Assembly: GCA_964631565.1 (NCBI GenBank)
Contig: CAZVYJ010000008.1
Span: 12,192-76,191, forward strand
Length of the DNA: 64,000 nt
DNA from: an uncultured Planctomycetaceae bacterium
GTDB lineage: Bacteria; Planctomycetota; Phycisphaerae; SM23-33
Direction of reading: 5' to 3'
Shown one piece after another: positions 38,171-46,375 of the stretch. Both the position numbers and the translations under genes were made by a program. Each line of letters begins with the position of its first letter. Position 1 is the first letter of the stretch. The notes beneath the pieces are model-generated. The model saw only the letters and a list, made by a program, of their open reading frames with translations. It ran no database searches and was not told the DNA's origin.

Positions 38171-38212
38171 GTAATCGGTAATCAGTTGTAAGTAATCAGT
38201 TTCTCTAATCTC
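38171..38212. repeat. Heptanucleotide tandem repeat array (GTAATCG GTAATCA GTTGTAA GTAATCA GTTTCTC TAATCTC) between hisS and the HYExAFE gene
   Basis: Six consecutive 7-nt units seen directly. Begins 15 nt upstream of the HYExAFE start codon and abuts the hisS stop. Confidence 0.6.
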
Positions 38213-39488
38213 AAAGCGAGTCCATGAAATCGGCGATTGTCATATCGGCCTGATTTCCGGTTTTTAAATCCTTAACGGCAAGTTGGCCGCCGGAGCGGAT
38301 TATCACGGCCTTTTTCGCGTTACGCTTGTCAGCCTCCTTGAGCTGCTTGCCGGTGTTCTGCCGCTTGACGCTGTAATCGGTGCTGAAACCTCTCGCCCGC
38401 AGCGTCCCCGTCAGCTCGATGACTTTTTCGAACAGGCCGTCTTCGCCGTCGATGACGAAATAGTCCAGCGTCCCCGCCAGCGCCTCCGGCGGAATCTTGC
38501 CCTTTTCATCGAGCAGTATTCCGAGCACCACGTCGCCCATGCCGAAGCCGGTCGCGCCGACCTTCGGCCCGCCGAGCACTTCCAGCAGGTTGTCGTATCG
38601 TCCGCCCCCCGCCACGGCCCGCAGCGACTCGCCCGCGTCGAACACCTCGTAAACGATGCCCGTGTAATACGCCAGCCCACGGACAATCTTCATATCGAGC
38701 GTGCAGTACTCGCTGGCGCCCATGATTTTCAGCAGGCTGAACAGACGCTCCAGCTTTTCAATATTTTCAGCATTTTCAACATTGCCGGCCGCGCCGCCAA
38801 GCTCGGCACGAATCGCGTCGACGCTTTTGGCGTCCTGGAACCTGCATATCGCGTCGGTCTGGCTGTCGGTCAGGCCGGCCGCCGCGGTGAGCTTGCGGAA
38901 GTCCTCGTCGCTGACCTTCGGCCGCTTGTCAAGAACAGGCAGAGCCTTGTCGATATCGCTGACGCCCAGCCCTTTCAGCATCGCTACGGTAAGCGGCCGC
39001 GAGCCGATGCGGACCTGAACGTCCTGCGGCGTCAGGCCGATTTCACGGAGAAAATCGACGCACACGAAAATGCACTCGGCGTCGGCAAGCACATCATCGC
39101 TGCCGATGATGTCGATGTTCCACTGGAAGAATTCTCTCAGCCGGCCCTTCTGCGGCCGCTCCGCGCGGCAGAGCCGCGGGATGGAAAACCACTTGATGGG
39201 CCTCGGCAGCGAGTTGATCTTCGCGTTCACCATTCTCGCAAGCGACGGCGTGATTTCCGGGCGGATGGCCAGATTCCGCTCGCCGCGGTCGGTGAAGCTG
39301 AAAAGTTGCTCGGCTATTTCCTCGCCGCTCTTGATGGTGAACAGGTCGAGGTACTCGAATATCGGCGCGTCGTACTCCTCGAAGCCGTTGCGCAGCGACA
39401 CCCTTCGCCATGCGTCGGTTATATAGTTCCGCAGGCGCATCTGCTCGGGATAAAAATCCCGCGTACCCTTGACCGGTTGAATCTTCAT
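38211..39488 (-). CDS. hisS: Histidine--tRNA ligase
   Basis: Class II aaRS motifs MKIQPVKGTRDFYPE...FRCERPQKGRLREFFQ (motif 2 region). C-terminal anticodon-binding domain. Confidence 0.9.
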   Translation of the reverse strand: MKIQPVKGTRDFYPEQMRLRNYITDAWRRVSLRNGFEEYDAPIFEYLDLFTIKSGEEIAEQLFSFTDRGERNLAIRPEITPSLARMVNAKINSLPRPIKWFSIPRLCRAERPQKGRLREFFQWNIDIIGSDDVLADAECIFVCVDFLREIGLTPQDVQVRIGSRPLTVAMLKGLGVSDIDKALPVLDKRPKVSDEDFRKLTAAAGLTDSQTDAICRFQDAKSVDAIRAELGGAAGNVENAENIEKLERLFSLLKIMGASEYCTLDMKIVRGLAYYTGIVYEVFDAGESLRAVAGGGRYDNLLEVLGGPKVGATGFGMGDVVLGILLDEKGKIPPEALAGTLDYFVIDGEDGLFEKVIELTGTLRARGFSTDYSVKRQNTGKQLKEADKRNAKKAVIIRSGGQLAVKDLKTGNQADMTIADFMDSL

Positions 39489-39543
39489 CTCTTTCCAGCT
39501 CTTTTCGACTCTGTTTAGTTTTTACTGAATAGCGGCATTAATG

Positions 39544-39960
39544 CTATTTGGAAACCAGCTTTTTTTCGAGCTTTTCAATTTTTTTATAAGCAGCCTTTTT
39601 CTGCTTTTCATATTCCTTCTCGCCGAGTTCCTTTCGGGCATAGGCGTCAAGTTCTTCGGGGCTTTTGAACTCGTGCTCGTAATCGTAGCCGCCCTCGGTA
39701 AAGTCGCAGTTGCTCATCGAATACTTGCGGCATATCAGCGGGCGGTTCTCATATATCATGCATCGGCCGTCTTCGCCCAACATCTTGCAACTGTTCGCTA
39801 TGGAAATATACCAGTCGCCTTCGTCAACGTGTATGGTCACGCCTTCGTGGCACAAATACCATCGCAGATCCTCGAACTCCTCGTAGTCGGTCGGCACGTC
39901 GATTTCGAAACAGAAATACCTGCAGCATCTCGAGCCGCACTTCAGACACTCAGCACTCAT
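39544..39960 (-). CDS. YkgJ-family Cys-cluster protein (UPF0153, putative Fe-S/zinc)
   Basis: MSAECLKCGSRCCRYF...CHEG...CKML...GRCMIYENRPLICRKY is the CxxCxxCC family signature. Trimmed from the over-extended ORF start at 40164. Lys/Glu-rich C-terminal tail. Confidence 0.7.
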   Translation of the reverse strand: MSAECLKCGSRCCRYFCFEIDVPTDYEEFEDLRWYLCHEGVTIHVDEGDWYISIANSCKMLGEDGRCMIYENRPLICRKYSMSNCDFTEGGYDYEHEFKSPEELDAYARKELGEKEYEKQKKAAYKKIEKLEKKLVSK

Positions 39961-40084
39961 GCGAAATACATCTCCACCTGTTTTATTTTTACTTGCCGCC
40001 CCGCCCTGTACCGGGCGGAAATCCGAAATCAAAAAACGGCAAGGCGGGATTATAGACATTCGCCGCAATCTTGCCAGCAGTAGA

Positions 40085-40185
40085 ATTGCATCGCGAATCT
40101 CGAATCGCGATTCGGGCATACCCATGCAGGGGCTTGACGCTCCGCCAGTATGGGCGTGATTCACGATTCGCAGTTCAAATTCAGA
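40085..40185. repeat. MITE-like ~100-bp heptamer-rich repeat element, copy A
   Basis: Shares the exact 17-mer CGAATCTCGAATCGCGA (40094-40110) and the 11-mer TTCGCAGTTCA with copy B at 50649-50748, with similar arm spacing (~45 nt). Arms are made of 7-nt units (GAATCGC GATTCGA GATTCGC; GATTCAC GATTCGC AGTTCAA). Confidence 0.5.
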
Positions 40186-40759
40186 ACGTTATGTTTCTGC
40201 GTTTGCCGGCGGCGATGCGTTTGCATGCCTTGCACAGCAGTGTGATGTAATGACTGGTAATCGGTTCGGTTTTGAGGCCGAGTTTTCGGGCGGCGGCGTC
40301 GATGAATTTTTCCGACGGCCCTTCGATTTCGACGAACCGCCCTATTACCGGCAGTTCGTCCAGCTCCACCATACAGCGGCCGAGCTGATAGCTGACCCGC
40401 CGTTTCTGGATTCGCATCGTCAGTTCCATACCGCATCCGGCCAGCACCTCGGCGACGGCGAACGGGCAGTCCAGATGCGTCTGGACCTCTTTGCGTATTT
40501 TCAGCCTGTTATGGTTGCTGCCCGGTCCTTTGTATGTGAGCAGCGGCCGCTTGTCGACGGCTGCGGCGCCTTTGCGGATGATTTTCGTTTTGCGAATCCG
40601 CAGGCCGCAGTCGCGGGCGAGCAGCGACTTGTCAGGCGTATCGTAATAGTCGTCGGTCTGTTCGACGGCACCAGTGAACACCGCCCCCGCCGCCCGCAGC
40701 GCCCTGCGGACAGCGGCGAAGTCGGCGACCTTGAACTTGGCTTCAATTTCGTGGCTCAT
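40181..40759 (-). CDS. CYTH-domain protein (class IV adenylate cyclase / triphosphatase-like)
   Basis: N-terminal MSHEIEAKFKV (ExExK motif). ~190 aa CYTH topology. Confidence 0.8.
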   Translation of the reverse strand: MSHEIEAKFKVADFAAVRRALRAAGAVFTGAVEQTDDYYDTPDKSLLARDCGLRIRKTKIIRKGAAAVDKRPLLTYKGPGSNHNRLKIRKEVQTHLDCPFAVAEVLAGCGMELTMRIQKRRVSYQLGRCMVELDELPVIGRFVEIEGPSEKFIDAAARKLGLKTEPITSHYITLLCKACKRIAAGKRRNITF

Positions 40760-40814
40760 GGGCGGAATTGTAACCTAGCTGCCGGCGGCATGGAACCGTC
40801 AGCATGCGGCGGAA

Positions 40815-42506
40815 TCAGTTTCCGCGGGGACGATTGCCGTTTTTACTGTCGTTGTCGGACCGGCGGCCCCATCCAAAAAGGCGAAGCTGGTAGAAAATTC
40901 TGGCGCTGATGGCGTTGTAGATGTTTGCGACGGCCATTCGCAGCAGGTCGCGGGCCCGCGCGGCGCCCGGATTCGGCATTCGCAGCAGCCAGACAAATGC
41001 GGCGAATCTCGCCAGGGCCGACAACGCGAATGTCGCGTGCCAGTTGTTCCACAGGAAAGGACCGATAGGATGAGCCTGGAGATATTCGAAGTATTGTGCG
41101 ACAAGGCCTCCGACCACGCCGCCAAGCACGCCGCCGAGGCTGGTGAGAAACGCGGCCGCCGCGATGAACTTGCTCCGGCCGTGGCTGTCGGCGAATCCCA
41201 TGACGACGTTCGTCTGGGCTATCTGGACGCCGGCCCAACTGATGCCGCCGAGTATGTTGCCGATTGCGACAAGTATGTAAGCCCCGAACGGCGTGGCGTC
41301 GGTGATGATCTGATAGTTCTCGACGCCGAAAAGATGGCCGCCGTTAACGGAAAGCCAGTTTACGGCGTCGGTGAGGAACTGCGGCGCCGGGGAATTGCGC
41401 GTCGCGAAAAACCACGGCATGATGGACAGCAGCGTGCCGCTCGTGCTGATTATCAGCGTTGGCTTGTTGCCCCACTTGTCGACTATCTTGCCCCATATTC
41501 TCATGGAGGCCATCGCCGCAAGCGGGCTGATTACGAGGAAACACATGTTGGCGCCGAAATTGCTGAATCCGAGTTTATCGAGCACCTGCCTCCAGAAAAA
41601 CCACGGTGCGACAGCGACTGTGAATGCGATGCATGCCCCGTATCCGACGTAATTCCGGAATATGCGGTCCTGGAAAGGATCAATGATGACCTGCTTGAAA
41701 GCTTTGGCTACATACACAAACGGAAACAACACCGACGAAAGCAGCGTGGGCCTGGTCGGTCTTTTAATCCTGATGTCGATGGCGGGCGGCTCGGTGCCGA
41801 GTTTCTTCGACGGCAGCACTTCGCGGATGCGGCGGACCCACAGAATGTCCATGATTCCGAAAACAGACGCCACCAGAAGGACGCCGCATATCGTCCAGAG
41901 CAGCAGCGGCTGTGCGCCGGCGGTTTCCGGCAGATTTTTATCGGCGACCGCGTCTATGAGCCATCCGAGTATCGCAGCGACCGAAAGAGCTACAATCGAA
42001 CCCAATACGAAGCGGTTGGCCATGTACCGGCCGCGAATCCTGCGGGGAACCAGGTCGCTCAGCCACGTCAGCCAAGCCGGGTCCGCCAGGGCCGCCGTGA
42101 AATATCCGACCCCAAGCAGCACCAGCGAGCAGACCGTCGCGGAAAGGGACGGTATCGGCAGAAGGAACGGAATTATCACAAGCACGAACCAGCTGGCCCG
42201 GAAAAACATCGCACAATATACGAACTGGTACTTGGTAAGGCCTGTGCGTTCGATCATGATCGTCGCGACAAGCTGGTTGAGCGTGGCGACGTAAGGAATG
42301 GCCGCCAGAATGCCGAAAGCCAGGTCGTTGAAGCCGAGCATGGAGAAAAATATCTTCATGTGGCTGCCGGATATGCCGGCCGACCAGACCATGCAGAACA
42401 GCCACGCCGTGGTCACCGTTCGGAGAGAGCGTCGCAGATTCGCACGGCGAACGCTCAGGGCGGGCACTTCGTCATATGTTTTGCGTCGCCACAACAAGGC
42501 GAGCAA
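40815..42506 (-). CDS. MFS transporter
   Basis: 12-14 TM helices. The loop DLVPRRIRGRYMANRF resembles the MFS signature between TM2 and TM3. Confidence 0.8.
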   Translation of the reverse strand: MLALLWRRKTYDEVPALSVRRANLRRSLRTVTTAWLFCMVWSAGISGSHMKIFFSMLGFNDLAFGILAAIPYVATLNQLVATIMIERTGLTKYQFVYCAMFFRASWFVLVIIPFLLPIPSLSATVCSLVLLGVGYFTAALADPAWLTWLSDLVPRRIRGRYMANRFVLGSIVALSVAAILGWLIDAVADKNLPETAGAQPLLLWTICGVLLVASVFGIMDILWVRRIREVLPSKKLGTEPPAIDIRIKRPTRPTLLSSVLFPFVYVAKAFKQVIIDPFQDRIFRNYVGYGACIAFTVAVAPWFFWRQVLDKLGFSNFGANMCFLVISPLAAMASMRIWGKIVDKWGNKPTLIISTSGTLLSIMPWFFATRNSPAPQFLTDAVNWLSVNGGHLFGVENYQIITDATPFGAYILVAIGNILGGISWAGVQIAQTNVVMGFADSHGRSKFIAAAAFLTSLGGVLGGVVGGLVAQYFEYLQAHPIGPFLWNNWHATFALSALARFAAFVWLLRMPNPGAARARDLLRMAVANIYNAISARIFYQLRLFGWGRRSDNDSKNGNRPRGN

Positions 42507-42651
42507 TCCTTAACTTTAACCGGAAAACCTATCTTGCCGTTACAACAGAATTCTCAATACCCGGCACCATATCGAGCTGTAATCGAACGGCAAGAGCAAT
42601 TCTGCATTTTCTCAACTATTTTTGCTTTCAACCGGATAAAGCAATTTTACC

Positions 42652-42685
42652 CTTGCCATGCCGGCTGGGCATCTGTATATTCGCC
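42652..42685 (+). promoter_or_regulatory. Candidate sigma-70 promoter (TTGCCA-N17-TATATT) for rpmH
   Basis: Hexamers seen directly ~60 nt upstream of the rpmH ATG. Confidence 0.35.
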
Positions 42686-42741
42686 GGACTTTCACGGCAA
42701 GCCGATTTGCCCGTAAGAGCGTTAAAAAGAGGTAGATAACA

Positions 42742-42876
42742 ATGCATTATCCGAAAAAGATTTCTAAGCGTAAACGAGCACGCAAGATAGGTTTCCGAGC
42801 CCGCATGAGAACTGCCTCCGGCAGGAAGCTCATCAGCCGCAAACGCCGCCTGGGCAGAAAAGTTCAGGTCGTTTAA
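42742..42876 (+). CDS. rpmH: 50S ribosomal protein L34
   Basis: 44-aa ORF MHYPKKISKRKRARKIGFRARMRTASGRKLISRKRRLGRKVQVV matches the L34 consensus (..KRKR..HGFRARM.T..GR.VL.RRR.KGRK.L). Too short to appear in the ORF track. Confidence 0.85.
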   Translation: MHYPKKISKRKRARKIGFRARMRTASGRKLISRKRRLGRKVQVV

Positions 42877-42898
42877 CCTTTACACCATCAAAAATCCA

Positions 42899-42935
42899 AG
42901 CCCCCGGTCCGGCTGGATCGGGGGCTTTTGTTTTG
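42899..42935 (+). terminator. Rho-independent terminator after rpmH (also 3' of the convergent radical SAM gene)
   Basis: AGCCCCCG...CGGGGGCT hairpin followed by TTTTGTTTTG. Confidence 0.55.
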
Positions 42936-42972
42936 TCACAAAAGGCCCATTCCTTCTTGTTTTCAGTTTTAC

Positions 42973-44415
42973 TCATGTCCCGCGGAGTGTTTTGCGAGGC
43001 ATAAGTGCGCCGGGGAGCGCTTCGGATTTCGGCCGGCAGTTGCCGAGGACAGGGTCCTTGTCGAGGTAATATTCCCAGTGGCTCATGGCCTCGAGCATTC
43101 TCTTGCCGCGTCGGCAGTCGTCGATGCTCAGTTTGCCTTCGCGCACAAGATCGTAGTAAGGCCCGAGGTCGGTCTGGCGATACAGCTCGGCGAAATTCTT
43201 GTAGAATTCTTCCCTCGGCAGGCGTGTTTCAGTGACGGCATGCAGCGTGTCGAAGCACGTGTAATCATAGGTAAGCAGCGAATCGAACTGGTCGCGGTAA
43301 AGCTGCGTGCCCGGCAGCGGAGTGAGCACGGTAAACTGCGTGTGGGTGATTTCCTTTTGCGTCACGTAATCGCGAAGCTTGCGGAAATCATCTACGTTCC
43401 ATGTCGGGTCCACGATAAACGCGCCCCATATAATCACGCCGTTATCGTGCAGGATGCGGATGGCTTCGTCGTTTACGCCGGCGGTATTGTTCTTGTTGAC
43501 CTTCTTGAGGTGGCTGTCGGACGCACCTTCGAGGCCCAACAGGACCGCGTAAAGCCCGACATCCACCCATTTCTCGACCAATTCGGGATGGCGGACGATG
43601 GAATCGGTGCGGCATTCCATCGAGAACCGCATGTCGATGCCTTCGGCCTTGATCATGTCGGCGATGGCGTTTTCCCGCTTGTAGTTCATCAGGAAATTGT
43701 CGTCCACGAACGTGATGTGGTCGGTGTTGACGGCTTTCACTTCCTCTATGACCCGCTGCGGCGACATTTGTCGCGTCTTGCCGTGATAAAATTCCCACAC
43801 GCTGCAGAAATTGCAGCGGTAAGGGCATCCCCGCCCGGTGGCGATGGACGTATCCGGCCTGTCGAAAAGGAAGAAATATTCAGGACGATATTTTTCCACC
43901 AGGTCGCGTCGCGGCAGCGGAAGGTCGTCCATGTTCAGCGAATTGTTCGTCACGGAGTTGAGAACGAACTGCCCGCTGCGGTCTCGCCTTATGATATTAG
44001 GCACGTCCTTAAGGTTGCCTCGGTTGGCCAGTGTTTCTACGAGCTGCGGGAATGAAAGCTCACCCTCGCCTATCGCCAGCACGTCGACCTGCGGAAGGAA
44101 AAAATCCTCCGGCATGAGCGAAACGTGATAGCCGCCGATCACCGTGAATATCTCGCGTGAGAATTCCTTGACCGTCCTCAGGACATCCTGTGCTGCGTAG
44201 ACCTCGGTCGTAAGCGCGGTGACCGCGACCATGTCGGGCGAGAATTCGTCGAGCACGCCGGTGAGGTTCGCCTCGACGCGCATATCGAAAATTCGGACGT
44301 CGTGGTTCGGAACACAGGCCGCCAGCATCTCAAGCGCCAGAGGCTCCGGCATGGCGGCCAGGCGGAAGCCGATATCGGTCGACTGGCATTCTGGATGTAC
44401 GAGCAGTATTCGCAA
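42973..44415 (-). CDS. B12-binding-domain radical SAM protein (class B radical SAM)
   Basis: N-terminal cobalamin-binding domain (MRILLVHPECQ...VAVTALTTEVYAAQDV). Radical SAM motif CPYRCNFC. 480 aa. The specific reaction is not assignable from sequence. Confidence 0.85.
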   Translation of the reverse strand: MRILLVHPECQSTDIGFRLAAMPEPLALEMLAACVPNHDVRIFDMRVEANLTGVLDEFSPDMVAVTALTTEVYAAQDVLRTVKEFSREIFTVIGGYHVSLMPEDFFLPQVDVLAIGEGELSFPQLVETLANRGNLKDVPNIIRRDRSGQFVLNSVTNNSLNMDDLPLPRRDLVEKYRPEYFFLFDRPDTSIATGRGCPYRCNFCSVWEFYHGKTRQMSPQRVIEEVKAVNTDHITFVDDNFLMNYKRENAIADMIKAEGIDMRFSMECRTDSIVRHPELVEKWVDVGLYAVLLGLEGASDSHLKKVNKNNTAGVNDEAIRILHDNGVIIWGAFIVDPTWNVDDFRKLRDYVTQKEITHTQFTVLTPLPGTQLYRDQFDSLLTYDYTCFDTLHAVTETRLPREEFYKNFAELYRQTDLGPYYDLVREGKLSIDDCRRGKRMLEAMSHWEYYLDKDPVLGNCRPKSEALPGALMPRKTLRGT

Positions 44416-44564
44416 TTTATCTCAATAACCTCGTAATGGATTTAAAATAATCATGCAGCAAATCAGGAGCAAGTTTGGAAGGTGGAGAATTATAGCCGAA
44501 CAGCGGATAAAAAACACCGCATACATTCTTTCTTTTTTCGGATGAAGGACTCGGCGGGGAGAAA

Positions 44565-45044
44565 TCAGCCGATCCAGCAGCGATTCGGCGAAGTGCTTAA
44601 AGTCAAGGGTCTGTGTTGTGAAATAATTCTCAAATGGGCGGAGATATCATCCCGACGGGCGTCGAGATGCACTATGGCGGTCTTTATATCCTCGCGACGG
44701 CGATAAAAACCCGCTTCCATGAGCCGCCTGCCCACTTCGCCAAACAATTCCGCAAGCTCCGGGTCATCCGCAACTTCAGAAGTTTCACAGAAATGAGCCA
44801 TTATCTCGCCGGCTCGTTTGAGCAAATCGACGGCTTCGTCGAAATTTCCGGCGTCGATATCGTTCAACGCCCGCCTGCACATGCGGACCGCGCTGTCGAA
44901 GAGCAGAATTTCCAGCTGCTGCGGAGTAGCGGTAACAATATCGGCCGCCAGGTACGCCGATGCCGGCGCACTTGCGGATTTGATGACATCAACTGCTTCG
45001 GCAAGCAGGCCCCTGTAAATACCGACATTTTTCACAACAGGCAT
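44565..45044 (-). CDS. FliS-like flagellar export chaperone (tentative)
   Basis: YLAADIVTATPQQLEILLFDSAVRMCRRA...DEAVDLLKRAGEIMAHF is collinear with the FliS core (Y..V.SASQQQLV.MLFDG...A). No other flagellar genes in the window. Confidence 0.4.
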   Translation of the reverse strand: MPVVKNVGIYRGLLAEAVDVIKSASAPASAYLAADIVTATPQQLEILLFDSAVRMCRRALNDIDAGNFDEAVDLLKRAGEIMAHFCETSEVADDPELAELFGEVGRRLMEAGFYRRREDIKTAIVHLDARRDDISAHLRIISQHRPLTLSTSPNRCWIG

Positions 45045-45267
45045 ATATCGTCCCTGACATTGCTGCTGAAAACATCCGTGTCCGTAATGCTTATCGACCG
45101 GGCATCGGAAAAGACTTTAGGGCATGTATGAAAACCATGGGGCGCAGCCGCCTCGACTGAATGAACATCGGAATTAGGCACGTCTTGCGCAGAGACTGCA
45201 CACCCGATGGCGGGTGTGCCACATGTCCTGTATGGTTTTCATACATGCTCTCAGGGTTTGGAAGAGT

Positions 45268-46347
45268 TCAGAATCGCCTGTATTTGGCGGGCGTCGCGTC
45301 TTTGGGAGGCGGCGCCTCGCCCGGCGGCAACGGCTCTTCAGGCTGGCTCTCGGCCTTTTGGGTCTCGGGTGCAGTTGCAGCAGTCTCCGGCGCCTCACCC
45401 GGCGGCGACGGCTTTTCAGGCTGGCTCTCGGCCTTTTGGGTCTCGGGTGCAGTGGCAGCAATCTCCGGCGACTCGCTCGACAGCTGCAACTGAGTGCACT
45501 CAGGATGCGTGGTTGTGGGTATACGGGCGAGAACGCGATCGATCATGCTCTGATTCCAGGGTTCTTCGACGGTGATAAAAGGCGCAACGTAAGTTGCAAC
45601 AAATTTCGACGCGCCGCTCGAAAGATGCATCCCGATATTTCCGGTGTCGGACATCGCCTCGCTCCACGGAATCTGGAGGAGTTTTTCGTATAGCGCCGGC
45701 CGACTATCTACATCGGGCGTTTTGAACCCAACCTTGCCCGCAGCCGAGGTGTGTTCGCCGTCCATCGTGCCGTATATGGTGGTTCCGAAGCCCAGCAAAA
45801 CGAAATCCCGCTCGGAATAAAAGTTCACAACGCCCTGTCGAACCTTGGCCAGGGCCAGCTCGATCTGATAATCCGGCGACAGTGATGCCGCTATCATGAT
45901 TATGCCGTCCAGATTTTCATCGGGAGGAAGCGCCTCTGCCGCCCATGCCGCAATGGCGGCCCCGCCGCTCTGACCTACCAGCATTACCGGCCTGCCTGGA
46001 TAAGAAAGACGATAGCGGACGATCTTGTCGGCGATCACAGCGGCCTGGTCCCTGTTGCGTCCCTCTGCCCGCAGGTTTGGCAATGGCCCCCAGATGCTCG
46101 TCCAGTCGTACAGTTCGATGGCCCAGTTCACACCGCCGTCATTGAGTCCTTTGCATATATCTTCGTTCAAGGCGCTGCGGCCTTCGATGCCGGTCAGAAC
46201 TATCACCAGCCCGCGGTCCAGCCTTTCGGTTGTTACGTAAGGCTGTCGCGACTGGCAGCCGACTACGCCGGCACAGATAACAGCGACAAGTGCGCAAAGC
46301 GGAAAACCCCGACCTGCAGGGCCGGGGTTCCTTCCCGCCGTAATCAT
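45268..46347 (-). CDS. Lipoprotein alpha/beta hydrolase with C-terminal 26-aa tandem repeat
   Basis: Lipobox AGVVGC. Nucleophile elbow LVGQSGGAAIAAW (GxSxG). C-terminal PEIAATAPETQKAESQPEKPSPPGEA x2. Confidence 0.6.
   Translation of the reverse strand: MITAGRNPGPAGRGFPLCALVAVICAGVVGCQSRQPYVTTERLDRGLVIVLTGIEGRSALNEDICKGLNDGGVNWAIELYDWTSIWGPLPNLRAEGRNRDQAAVIADKIVRYRLSYPGRPVMLVGQSGGAAIAAWAAEALPPDENLDGIIMIAASLSPDYQIELALAKVRQGVVNFYSERDFVLLGFGTTIYGTMDGEHTSAAGKVGFKTPDVDSRPALYEKLLQIPWSEAMSDTGNIGMHLSSGASKFVATYVAPFITVEEPWNQSMIDRVLARIPTTTHPECTQLQLSSESPEIAATAPETQKAESQPEKPSPPGEAPETAATAPETQKAESQPEEPLPPGEAPPPKDATPAKYRRF
45311..45469. repeat. Tandem ~79-bp direct repeat (2 copies) inside the lipoprotein hydrolase 3' end
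   Basis: Two near-identical units seen directly (…CCGGCGGCAACGGCTCTTCAGGCTGGCTCTCGGCCTTTTGGGTCTCGGGTGCAGTTGCAGCAGTCTCCGGC / …GGCGACGGCTTTTCAGG…GCAGTGGCAGCAATCTCCGGC). Confidence 0.7.
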
Positions 46348-46375
46348 CCTGTTATTGAAGAAAACCAATAGGCAA

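Noticed and set aside
38283-39518. 411-aa plus-strand ORF opposite hisS
   Set aside because: hisS on the minus strand has class II aaRS motifs throughout. The antisense ORF is RA-rich and carries no motif.
41037-44055. Plus-strand ORFs 41037-42716 and 42928-44055
   Set aside because: They are antisense to the MFS transporter and the B12-radical SAM gene (CPYRCNFC motif). Judged high-GC artefacts.
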